From assembly GCF_009914755.1 (NCBI RefSeq), contig NC_060940.1: DNA of 64,000 nucleotides; one strand, given 5' to 3'. Position numbers and translations under genes: made by a program. The DNA is from the human T2T-CHM13v2.0 reference genome, Homo sapiens. A model generated the notes under the pieces. That model saw nothing but the letters and a program-made list of their open reading frames with translations, was not told the origin of the DNA and made no database searches. How positions within the stretch are numbered: position 1 is the stretch's first letter; the number at the start of each line of letters is the position of its first letter. This document shows positions 16,811 through 28,617 of the stretch, in pieces.

Positions 16811-17519
16811 ACACACCTCCCTTCACACACACCCTTTACTCCCGGCTCCAGTAGCCCCAGAAATGCTCTAGACGAAGTAAGTTCTGTAGTGCATCTCTCA
16901 ACAATATGCCGCCACCCATAGCCCTGGCTGAGGAGAGCCACCAAACCTGGTACTATGCGACCATGGTCCTTCCCCTGGTCACTGGATAGTGATCGCACCC
17001 AACACAGGCACCCCCATCTACAGGGTGGCTGGAGATCTATGACCATTGTGGCGTACCTGGACCAATCAATAAACTGGACCAATTGGATTTCCATTTTTAG
17101 GGATTTAAATTCAGAGCCACAAAAGGAGATTGTCAGTTGATGATGAGCTAAGACACCCTGAAGTATACTCACAACCTTAGCAAGCCATGTGCAGTCTAGT
17201 GCTCCACCCCTCTACCCACCCCGTCCAACCCCCACCAAAATACTAACAAAATACAACACACTAGTTCATCATCTAGACCATAATAACTCGCTGGGGATAG
17301 TGCTGGAAGTTTTTGTTTGTTTAACATTTCTTTCAAATACTAAGATTAACGGAGTTGCAGAGTGAAAAAAACTGTAGGAAAGGGTCGGACTTAGGCCTGG
17401 AGTGAAGGGCACAAGATGCTTTTATTTTAAACCCCTAAAAGTGTTGCAAAGTGTTTTTAATTTCATATAAATAGTTAAGGATCACATGAACACAATCCAG
17501 TACAAATGGGTCCAGGAGC

Positions 17520-18240
17520 TTCAACGAGCGTTCCAGCTTCTTCGTAACGTTCCCACACCGTGCAGCAAGCGGAGGGAAGAGAACTTCCGGCGCCCCCACC
17601 TACCGCTCCCCAGCCGTGTCCCGCTGCTCTAAATCTGCAGACTTGATCGATTGCTTCTGCCTGGGCGGTACCGCCCGAATTGACTGCTCCTGTCTGATGC
17701 GTCCCCGGGCGCGGGAAACGAGTTTCAATCCACTTTCCTGACCCCAACCATCCTGCCCAGTCTCCGCTTCCCCGTCTTGTACACCCCTAACTCCTGAGGC
17801 TCCTCCGAATCACGCGAGTGGAAGCGGAGAAGCTCAAGTGGCCGCCATGTCAGAGGCTTATTTCCGAGTGGAGTCGGGTGCGCTGGGGCCTGAGGAGAAC
17901 TTTCTTTCTTTGGACGACATCCTGATGTCCCACGAGAAGCTGCCGGTGCGCACGGAGACCGCCATGCCTCGCCTTGGCGCTTTCTTCCTGGAGCGGAGCG
18001 CAGGCGCCGAGACTGACAACGCGGTCCCACAGGTGAGCCTTTGAGTGCGGGGTCCTGCCCGGAAAGACTGCAGCTCCCGGCGGGCCCCTCGGCCCTGGGA
18101 CGCCGCATCGGGGCGCGCTGCCCTTTGGGATTTGTAGTTTTCGAGGAGCCAGGGCCGAAGGCGCTAACGACTTCTCGGAAACTCCGCGGGGGTCCCTTCG
18201 CGCTCGGGGTGGTCTCCAGACTTCTTGTTCGCCATCTGTG
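17520..18240 (+). promoter_or_regulatory. CpG-island promoter of GINS3 with ETS, paired GC-box, E2F and ZNF143/THAP11-type motifs
   Basis: Dense CpG. ACTTCCGG at ~17583-17590, GGGCGGTACCGCCC at 17663-17676, GCGGGAAA (E2F TTTCCCGC on -) at 17711-17718, ACTACAAATCCCAAAGGGCA on - at 18119-18138. Confidence 0.85.
17847..18032 (+). CDS. GINS3: GINS3 (PSF3) coding exon 1, aa 1-62
   Basis: GCCGCC-ATG Kozak at 17841-17849. Translates MSEAYFRVESGALGPEENFLSLDDILMSHEKLPVRTETAMPRLGAFFLERSAGAETDNAVPQ, the Psf3 N-terminus. Donor CAG|GTGAGC at 18033. 186 nt, phase 0. Confidence 0.98.
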
Positions 18241-18805
18241 GTGAAACTACATTTATCCTAGGTCGCCAGGCAGCCTCCAACATTGATTTCTTTTTTGAAA
18301 CTGTCCAAATTAGTGTCTTCCCCCTACCCCATGCAACGTGTGTTGAATGCTTAAAGATTGGCTCCAGCTGAATACTTAAGAATTAGAGTTCTGATCATGT
18401 TTGCCTTAAAACAGCTTTGGGTTCTGTAAGAGCATGTGATAAGTAGGAACCCCAAGTTGCTAAATTCATTCCTCCATAATGATGACAGGATCAGTAAGCC
18501 CTACTGAGGCTTACTTAGTGGCAGCATGGTTGGGTGTGGGGAGTAAGCTTTTCCCTTTAATCCTTCAGCAACCAGAAAGGCTGGGTCACTTGGCCAGGGC
18601 TTCAGTTAGTGGTGAGCTGGGATTCGGAACCCAAGGCCATATGGCTTCAAATATAAAATTGTCCCAGGAACATGGCTTGTAATGATTAATTTGGATATCC
18701 TGTTTCACCTAAGTTTTGTATAGAACGATGTTTATTGTTTGGTCTGTTTGTTTCAAGTTAATTTTTATCAAAGTAATACATAACCAACGTTTTAAAAGTC
18801 AAATA

Positions 18806-19094
<289 letters not shown>

Positions 19095-19576
19095 TCAAAT
19101 AGTACCAAAAGATTTATAAGAAAAAAAATAGCAGGTCCTGCCTTCCTTTTCCCACTTCCCCCTCCAAGTCCACAGGGCTCATGTACCTTTTTTAGTGGTG
19201 TCTTCAAGATTCATCTTCATATTTCTAAATAATATTCTTAAACTTACCTTGTTGGGTTGTTTTTTTTAATGTAGACATTATCTGTTGACTTCATCCTAGC
19301 AGATGAGGATTTCGTTCCCATACACACTGGTAAACATGGCGCTATGCTGCCCATACTTAATTCATATTTCCTTAGTTTTTAGTTAATGCCCTTTTTCTAT
19401 TCTAGGATTCCACCTAGGATACCACACTGCATTTAGTAGACATGTTTCCTTAGCCTTCTCTTGGTTGTGACAATTAATCAGACCTCCTTGTTCTAATGAC
19501 CTCGACGGTTTTGTGGAGTGGTGGTCAGGTATTTTGTAAAATGTTCCTCAGTTGGAAATCTTTGGTTTGGGGGTAG

Positions 19577-20034
<458 letters not shown>

Positions 20035-20322
20035 TGAACCTTGGCAGAGGTAATGTTCATTAGGTTTCTCCACCTTTTCATACTGTACTCTTTGGATGGA
20101 AGTCATTATCACTGTCACACTGAAGGAGTAGGGAGTTATGTTCCACTTCTTTGAGTGCAGAGTGTCTACATTAAATCTTTAGAATCCTTCTGCATGGGAG
20201 ATTTGTGTAGGAAGGTTTGTATGACATTTAATTTCATTTATAGGATTATTCAGACTTGATTTCTTCTTGTGTTAGTTTTGGTATATTTGGTTTTTAACTA
20301 AAACTTTGACCATTTTATCTAA

Positions 20323-20505
20323 TTTTTTTTTTTTTTTTTGAGACAGGGTTTTGCTCTGTTGCCCAGGCTGGAGTGCAGTGGTGTGATATGGCTCACTGCA
20401 GCCTTGACCTCCCAGGCTCCAGAGATCCTCCCACCTCAGCCACCTATGTGGCTGGTATTGCAGGTACATGCCACCATGTCCAGCTAATTTTTGTATTTTT
20501 TTTTT
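20323..20505 (-). mobile_element. 5'-truncated AluJ (right arm only), host of the cassette exon
   Basis: Poly-T, right arm, ends at the middle A-rich linker. Confidence 0.9.
20347..20463 (+). CDS. GINS3: GINS3 alternative Alu-derived cassette exon (39 aa, in frame; 255-aa isoform)
   Basis: Antisense Alu right arm: poly-T + GAGACAG| acceptor, 117 nt with no stop ([39 protein letters not shown]), donor CAG|GTACAT. Phase 0-0. 216+39=255 aa matches my recollection of the long isoform. Confidence 0.8.
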
Positions 20506-20517
20506 GTCTAAATTTTC

Positions 20518-23138
20518 TTTTTTTTTTTTTTCTATTTGTACATTTGAAATTCTTCTGTAATATTTGTATATATATATATATATTTTTTTTTTAATTGATC
20601 ATTCTTGGGTGTTTCTCGCAAAGGGGGATTTGGCAGGGTCACAGGACAATAGTGGAGGGAAGGTCAAGCAGATAAACAAGTGAACAAAGGTCTCTGGTTT
20701 TCCTAGGCAGAGGACCCTGCGGCCTTCCGCAGTGTTTGTGTCCCTGGGTACTTGAGATTAGGGAGTGGTGATGACTCTTAACGAGCATGCTGCCTTCAAG
20801 CATCTGTTTAACAAAGCACATCTTGCACCACCCTTAATCCATTCAACCCCTGAGTGGACACAGCATATGTTTCAGAGAGCACAGGGTTGGGGGTAAGGTC
20901 ACAGATCAACAGGATCCCAAGGCAGAAGAATTTTTCTTAGTACAGAACAAAATGAAAAGTCTCCCACGTCTACTTGTTTCTACACAGACACGGCAACCAT
21001 CCGATTTCTCAATCTTTTCCCCACCTTTCCCCCCTTTCTATTCCACAAAGCCGCCATTGTCATCCTGGCCCGTTCTCAATGAGCTGTTGAGTACACCTCC
21101 CAGACGGGGTGGTGGCCGGGCAGAGGGGCTCCTCACTTCCCAGTAGGGGCGGCCGGGCAGAGGTGCCCCTCACCTCCCGGACGGGGCGGCTGGCTGGGCG
21201 GGGGGCTGGCCCCCCCACCTCCCTCCCGGACAGGGCGGCTGGCTGGGCAGAGGGGCTCCTCACTTTCCAGTAGGGGCGGCCGGGCAGAGGCGCCCCTCAC
21301 CTCCCGGACGGGGCGGCTGGCCGGGCGGGGGGCTGACTCCCCCACCTCCCTCCCGGACGGGGCGGCTGGCTGGGTGGGGGGCTGACCCCCCCACCTCCCT
21401 CTTGGACGGGGCGGCTGGCCGGGCAGAGGGGCTCCTCACTTACCAGTAGGGGCGGCCGGGCAGAGGCGCCCCTCACCTCCCAGACGGGGCGGCTGGCCGG
21501 GTGGGGGGCTGACTCCCCCACCTCCCTCCCGGACGGGGCGGCTGGCCGGGCAGAGGGGCTCCTCACTTACCAGTAGGGGCGGCCGGGCAGAGGCGCCCCT
21601 CACCTCCCGGATGGGGCGGCTGGCCGGGCGGGGGGCTGACCCCCCCACCTCCCTCCCGGACGGGGCGGCTGGCTGGGCAGAGGGGCTCCTCACTTCCCAG
21701 TAGGGGCGGCCGGGCAGAGGCGCCCCTCACCTCCCGGACGGGGAGGCTGGCCGGGCGGGGGGCTGACCCCCCCACCTCCCTCCCAGACGGGGCGGCTGGT
21801 CGGGCGGGGGGCTGATCCCCCCCACCTCCCTCCCGGACGGGGCGGCTGGCCGGGCGGGGGGCTGATCCCCCCACCTCCCTCCCGGACGGGGCGGCTGGCC
21901 GGGCGGTGGGCTGACCCCCCGACCTCCCTCCCGGACGGGGCGGCTGGCCGGGCGGGGGGCTGACCTCCCCACCTCCCTCCCGGACGGGGCGGCTGGCCGG
22001 GCGGGGGGCTGACCCCCCCACCTCCTTCCCGGACAGGGCGGCTGGCCGGGCAGAGGGGCTCCTCACTTCCCAGTAGGGGCGGCCGGGCAGAGGCGCCCCT
22101 CACCTCCCGGACGGGGCGGCTGGCCGGGCGGGGGGCTGACCCCCCCACCTCCTTCCCGGACGGGGCGGCTGGCCGGGCAGAGGTGCTCCTCACATCCCAG
22201 TAGGGGTGGCCGGGCAGAGGCGCCCCTCACCTCCAGGAGAGGGCGGCTGGCTGGGCGGGGGGCTGACCCCCCCACCTCCCTTCCGGACAGGGCGGCTGGC
22301 CGGGCGGGGGGCTGACCCCCACCTCCCTCCTGGATGGGGTGGCTGCCGGGCGGAGACGCTCCTCACTTCCCAGACGGTGTGGCTGCCGGGCGGAGGGGCT
22401 CCTCACTTCTCAGACGGGGTGGTTGCCAGGCAGAGGGTCTCCTCACTTCTCAGACGGGGCGGCCGGGCAGAGATGCTCCTCACATCCCAGACGGGGCAGC
22501 AGGGCAGAGGCACTCCCCACATCTCAGACGATGGGCGGCCGGGCAGAGACGCTCCTCACTTCCTAGATGGGATGGCGGCCGGGCAGAGACGCTCCTCACT
22601 TTCCAGACTGGGCAGCCAGGCAGAGAGGCTCCTCACATCCCAGACGATGGGCGGCCAGGCAGAGACGCTCCTCACTTCCCAGACGGGGTGGCGGCCGGGC
22701 AGAGGCTGCAATCTCGGCACTTTGGGGGGCCAAGGCAGGCAGCTGGGAGGTGGAGGTTGTATCGAGCCGAGATCACGCCACTGCACTCCAGCCTGGGCAC
22801 CATTGAGCACTGAGTGAACGTGACTCCGTCTGCCATCCCGGCACCTCGGGAGGCTGAGGCTGGCGGATCACTCGCGGTTAGGAGCTGGAGACCAGCCCGG
22901 CCAACACAGCGAAACCCCGTCTCCACCAAAAAAATACGAAAACCAGTCAGGCGTGGCGGCGCGCGCCTGCAATCACAGGCACTCGGCAGGCTGAGGCAGG
23001 AGAATCAGGCAGGGAGGTTGCAGTGAGCCGAGATGGCAGCAGTACAGTCCAGCTTCGGCTCGGCATCAGAGGGAGACCGTGGAAAGAGAGGGAGAGGGAG
23101 ACCGTGGGGAGAGGGAGAGGGAAAGGGAGAGGGAGAGC
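20518..23138 (-). mobile_element. Full-length SVA (D-like) with 14-bp TSD and short 3' transduction
   Basis: AGAGGG hexamers ~23067-23138, Alu-like region ~22700-23065, GC-rich VNTR ~21100-22700, SINE-R ~20593-21095. TSD TTGTCTAAATTTTC at 20504-20517 and 23139-23152. Confidence 0.97.
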
Positions 23139-25389
23139 TTGTCTAAATTTTCAATGGTATCAGTACAATGTTCAGAATTTCCTTTACTATCTTTTTAATG
23201 TCAGTAGGATTACAGTGGTGTCCTTATTTTTATTTTTAATATCAATAAATTGTGTTCTCCCTTTCTTGATTACCCTTGCCAGGAGTCTATCAATTTTTTT
23301 ATTCTTTTAAAAGAACTAACTTAGGACTCTGTTGGTTTTCTCTTTTGTACCTTTGTTTTTTAGGTCATTAATTTTTTAATTAGTTCTTTCCTTCTACTTT
23401 ATTTGGGCTTAATTCTCCCACCACACACACACACACAGATACACATTTTGAGATGGAAACCTAGGTCATTAATTTTTCAATCTTCTTTTATACATTCATA
23501 GCTATTCATTTCTTTTAAGTGAAATTATTCTATTCAATTCACAACTTTAATTGCGTTTCATAAGTTTTGATGTGTTATATTTTCATTATCAATGAACTAA
23601 AAATACTTTTTAGGCCAGGCATGGTGGCTCACACCTATAGACCCAACACTGGGAGGTGGAGGCAGGAGGATCACTTGAGCCCAGGAGTTCGAGACCAGCC
23701 TAGGCAACATAGTGAGTCCCCATCTCTACAAAAAATTTTTTAAAAAAGCCGAGCATGGTAGCACACACCTGTGGTCACAGCTACTCAGGAGGCTGAGGCA
23801 AGAGGATCACTTAAGCCTTGGAGGGTCAGTACTGCAGTGAGCCGTGATCACACCACTGCACTCCAGCCTAGATGACACAGCAAGATACTGTCTCAAAAGA
23901 AAATAAATAAAAATTTTAAAATACTGTTTAATTTTGCGTTTTAAAATACTGTTTAAAATACTGTTTAATTGTGATTTCTTTTTTGACCTGTAGGTATTTA
24001 GAAGACTAGTGCTTAATTTCAAACATTTTGAGATTTGGTCATTTACCATTTTTTATTTCTAGCTTAATTCCACCGTGGCCAGAAAACATAGTCTACATGA
24101 TTTCAGTCTTGAAAGTTGCTGAGACTTGCTCTATGGCAAAGCATAAGACCAATTTAACCATTCTGTGTGGACTTGAAAAGATGTCTATGGGAAGTCATAG
24201 TGTGCAATAAATAATCCGTATGTGTAAATTAGCTCATTTGTTAATTGTTTTGTTGAGATATTCTCTATCCTTGCAATTTTTTTTTCTACTTTTTTTTTTA
24301 TCCTGTAAAACATGTGGACCAGGCATGGTGGCTCCTGCCTGTAACCCTAGCACTTTGGGAGGTGGAGGTGAGAGGATCACTTGAGGCCAGGAGTTTGAGA
24401 TCAGCCTAAGCAACATAGCAAGACCCTGTCTCTAGGAAAAATTGAAAAATTAGCTGAGTGTGGTGGCACATGCCTATAGTCCCACCTACTCAGGAGACTG
24501 AGGCAAGAGGATTACTTGAGCCTAGAAGACCACTGCACTCCAGCCTGGGTGACAGAACAGGACCCCCTCTCTGAAAAAAAAAAAAAGATTGAAAAAATGT
24601 TAAAGTCTCTCATTATGATTATGGATTAGCCTGTTTATCCTTTTACTTCTGTTAATTTAGACATATATTAATAATTTTCTGGTAGATATAATGACCCTTT
24701 TATTATTGTCACGTCTCCCTTTATCTCTAATGCTCCTGTCTTTTGATTCATGTTTACATGACTTTTTTTAATCCTATTTTTAATTTTTCTGTGTCTTCAT
24801 ATTTAAGGTATGTCTCTTTTATGCAGCATATAGTTGGGTTTTGTTTTGTGTGCAGTGTGCTGATTTTTAATTGTTATATTTAATCCATTTACATTTAATT
24901 ATTGACATATTTGTATTCATTTTTACCTTCTTACTATTTTCTTATGTCCCATCTGTTTTAGCTTTCTTTTTCTATCCTTTCTTGACTTCCTTTTGCATTA
25001 ATCAAATTTATTTTATTATTCATTTACCTTTTTATTAGTTTATTTAGTTATATATTCTTCTGTTATTTTAGTGGCTACCTTAAATATATTACACAATCAT
25101 TTTTGACCAAAAAGAATGTTATATAAGTTACTACTTTCACCACTTCACAGAAATGACTAGAATCTTAGAACACTTAAACCCATTTTTTCTCTTGTGTTAT
25201 TGTGATGTATTCTAGTTTGACTCATTGAAAACCCCTGTAAAACATTATTATTATATACCCACTTATATATTCTTTTCATGACTTGTTTTTCCTTTCTGCA
25301 TTTCTGTAGTTCTTTCTGGAATCATTTGCATTCTCTCTTCAGAATTCCCTTATTCTGGATCTTCTGGTGATAAGTCTCAGTTTCTGTCT

Positions 25390-25935
25390 GTGTCACAGAT
25401 GCCCAAGACCAACCCAGATTTGATGATTCACTAAGAGGACTCAAAGGACTCAGCATATAGTCACACTCATGGTTAAGATTGATTACATCAAAAGGATATA
25501 AAGCAAAATTAGCAGAGGGAAAGGTTGCATGGAGTAAAGTCTGGAGGAGACCAGGCACAAGCTTCCAAGAGTCCTCTCCTAGTGGAGTCACACAGGATGC
25601 ACTTAAATTCTCCAGTAATTTGAATTCTGATAAAATGTTTGAAATACTGTCTCCTAGGGAAGCTTGTTAAAGACTCAGTCCCCAGGGTTTTATTGGAGGC
25701 TGTTCATGTGGCACTTTCTGTCTAGCACAGACCAAAATTCAGACTTCCAGAGGGAAAGCAGGTGTTCAACATGAATCACATTGTTTGCACAGACAGTTCA
25801 GGCACACTCTCATCAGTTCTAGGACGGGTGAGAATCCTCCTGAAATCCAAGTTCCCAAATGCCAACCAAGGGCCAACCTTGCAGCAGGCCTTGCTAAGAT
25901 AGCAGCCTCAGGCCTACTGTGTATCTTTCCTGCAT
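25390..25935 (-). mobile_element. MER21-like LTR
   Basis: CCCAAGACCA...GATTCACTA...GGACTCAGCATATAGTC...CCAGGCACAAGCTTCCAAGAGTCCTCTCC...CAAGGGCCAACCTTGCA. Confidence 0.75.
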
Positions 25936-26369
25936 ACTTTCTCTATGGAAATGCCTTTATTTCACTTTTACTTTTAAAGGATATTTTCACTGGGTATAAG
26001 ATTTTACACTCACAGTTATGTTCTTTTAGCACATAAAAAAAAAATTCCATTTCCATTGTTTTGTGGCTTCCACAGTTTCTGTTAAGAAGTTGGCTTTTTT
26101 TTTTTTTTTTCTTTTTTGAGACAGAGTCTTGCTCTGTCGCCCAGGCTGGAGTACAATGGTGTGATCTCGGCTCACTGTAACCTCTGCCTCCTGTGTTCAA
26201 GCGAGTCTTCTGCCTCAGCCTCCTGAGTAGCTAGGATTACAGGCGCCCACCACTATGCCTGGCTAATTTTTGTATTTTTAGTAGAAACGGGGTTTCACCA
26301 TGTTGGTCAGGCCCGTCTCGAACCCCTGAGCCCATGTGATTTGCCCGCCTTGGCCTCCCAAATTATTGG

Positions 26370-26986
26370 TGTGTCTGGAATTGGTTCCTTCAGGTGGGTT
26401 CTTGGTCTCGCTGGTCTCGCTGACTTCAAGAATGAAGCCGAAGACCCTTGTGGTGAGTGTTACAGTTCCTAAAGGTGGTGTGTCCGGAGTTTGTTCCTTT
26501 AGATGTTCAGATGTGTCCGGAGTTTCTTTCTTCTGGTGGGTTTGTGGTCTCGCTGGCTTCAGGAGTGAAGCTGCAGACCTTTGCAGTGAGTGTTACAGCT
26601 CATGAAGGTAGTGGGGATCCAAAGAGTGAGCAGCCATCAAGACTTACTGTGAAGAGCTAAAGAACAAAGCTTCCACAGCGTGGAAGGGGACCCAAGCAGG
26701 TTGCTGCTGGTGGCTTGGTGGCCTGCTTTTATTCCCTTATTTGGCCCCACCCACATCTTGCTGATTGGTCCATTTTACAGAGAGCTGATGGTTCATTTTA
26801 CAGAGTGCTGATTGGTCCGTTTTACAGAGTGCTGATTGGTCTGTTTTTACAGAGTGCTGATTGGTGTGTTTACAAACCTTTAGCTAGATACAGAGCACTG
26901 ATTGGTGCATTTACAATCCTTTAGCTAGACAGAAAAGTTCTCCAAGTCCCCACCCAACCCAGAAGCCCAGCCGGCTTCACCTTTTA
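26370..26986 (-). mobile_element. Solo LTR12 (ERV9) inserted in an antisense AluS (26095-27020)
   Basis: TGTGTCTGGAATTGG...AGGAGTGAAGCTGCAGACC...(CTGATTGG)x5...GGCTTCACCTTTTA. TTGG TSD at 26366-26369 and 26987-26990. The Alu resumes with GATTACAGGCGTGAGCCACC. Confidence 0.93.
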
Positions 26987-28383
26987 TTGGGATTACAGGC
27001 GTGAGCCACCGGCCCCTGCCAAAAAGTTGGGTTTAACTCTTAATGTTCATTCTTTAAAGGCAGTGTGTTCGTCACTCCCATCTACAGCTGTTTTTAGGAT
27101 TTTCTCTGTCTTTGGTCTCGTAATTCAGGTAATATATGCCTAGTTGTGATTTTATTAGTATTTATTCTATTAATACTTGTTATTCATAATGTTCCTTGAA
27201 TCTGTGGTTTGATACCTTTTTTTAATTTTGGATAATATATAGCTATTATCTCTTCAGACATTTATTTTGCCTCAATCTATCGCTCCTGCCCATCAAATTA
27301 CATGCATGTTGAACTTTTTCTTTCTTTTACACCTTATTTCATACATCTCTTAGGCTCTTCTCTGTTTTTTCTCTAGATACTTTAGTCTGGTTATTTTCTA
27401 TTGACCTTTTCTCATTCACAGTCCTGTCTTCATCCAAATCCAATCCAGTAAACATGTTAAATTTGATTTAATCTATTGACTTCTTAGGTTCAATTATTGT
27501 ATTTTTCAGTTCTGGAATTTCCATTTGATTTCTAAGTTTATCTTAAAGTTGGCGCCTAATTTCTCTGCTATTCGGTGTCAAATAGGGGGCTTACTTCCCT
27601 CCCTTCTTTCTCAGATCTTAGGCCCTCATGTCCTGGTGGTGTTGGCAGCCTTGAACTCAATATTGGTCTGTCTAGTCCTGTGCAGTTTGCCAAAAGCTCT
27701 GCTTCCACACCCACAAAGCTGCTCCCATCTTTTTGCAACAGTTCTCCCTTGTGAGAGTTTTGGCTCTTACTGCTTCATTCAATCCAGTTGTTTGCCTTTG
27801 ATTTTTTTGGAGATTTATGACTCTTAATTTCTGGTCTGTCATGACCACCTCATCTTGTTTTCTAATTCTATTGAGGCTTTAAAAACTAGAGACATGTGTG
27901 CTGTCATCTCTGAAGCTGTGAAGTGGGATGGAAAGGGGCTGCCACTCAAGCTCAGGTTGATCTTATTTTTCTTTCTGACCCCTAGCATCCAATAGGGTGC
28001 TCAGTACATAGCAGGCACTCGGCAAGTGGATATTTAGAATAAATATTGAATATTCAAAGAAAAAGGAAATGTTTACTATAGCTCTGAAGTGTCTACAATT
28101 GGACAATTTTTATGTGTTAGTTAGAAAACTCTCACTTATGCTACATTTTTGTTCACCATGTTTTTGTTGTATAAATCCATTTTCTCTCTCCATTCCATCA
28201 TCACATAAAACTTCAGCCCACACACTTCATTGCTTCGAGTCACGACCAGGTCTTCTGTGCTTGACAGCCACTCCCCCAAAGAGAAAAGGCAGTATTGCGC
28301 AGGCGATGTGTATTTCCTTTTCGTCACACACATTTGCTGTGTTACTTGTCTGTTTTTAAAATCTACATTCATGCATGCTGCAG

Positions 28384-28617
28384 GGTTCCAAGCTTGAACT
28401 ACCCTTGTGGCTGGCAAAAGGACTTTTTGACAACAAGCGACGGATCCTTTCTGTGGAACTCCCCAAGATCTACCAAGAGGGTTGGAGGACTGTGTTCAGT
28501 GCAGATCCCAATGTGGTGGACCTCCACAAAATGGGGCCCCATTTCTACGGGTTTGGCTCCCAGCTCCTGCATTTTGACAGTCCCGAGAATGCAGACATTT
28601 CCCAGTCTCTGCTGCAG
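28384..28617 (+). CDS. GINS3: GINS3 coding exon 2, aa 63-140; ends at a GC donor
   Basis: Acceptor CTGCAG|GGT. Translates GSKLELPLWLAKGL...PENADISQSLLQ (234 nt). Followed by CAG|GCAAGT. Confidence 0.97.

Larger units (their letters stand above)
23153..27540 (-). mobile_element. Fragmented ancient L1M with nested AluJ (23613-23912, 24316-24586), MER21-like LTR, AluS and LTR12
   Basis: T-rich antisense L1 body text (e.g. CTTGCCAGGAGTCTATCAATTTT, GATATTTTCACTGGGTATAAGATT) between the younger inserts. Confidence 0.7.

Noticed and set aside
17810-17819. BANP-type TCTCGCGAGA motif
   Set aside because: The sequence is TCACGCGAGT, which mismatches the core.
17838-17846. In-frame GTG start giving an MAA extension
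   Set aside because: Artefact of the alternative-start ORF caller; the ATG at 17847 has a GCCGCC Kozak context.
21060-23026. Many Pro/Gly/Arg-rich ORFs up to 203 aa
   Set aside because: Stop-poor GC-rich SVA VNTR and Alu-like region; SVAs are non-coding.
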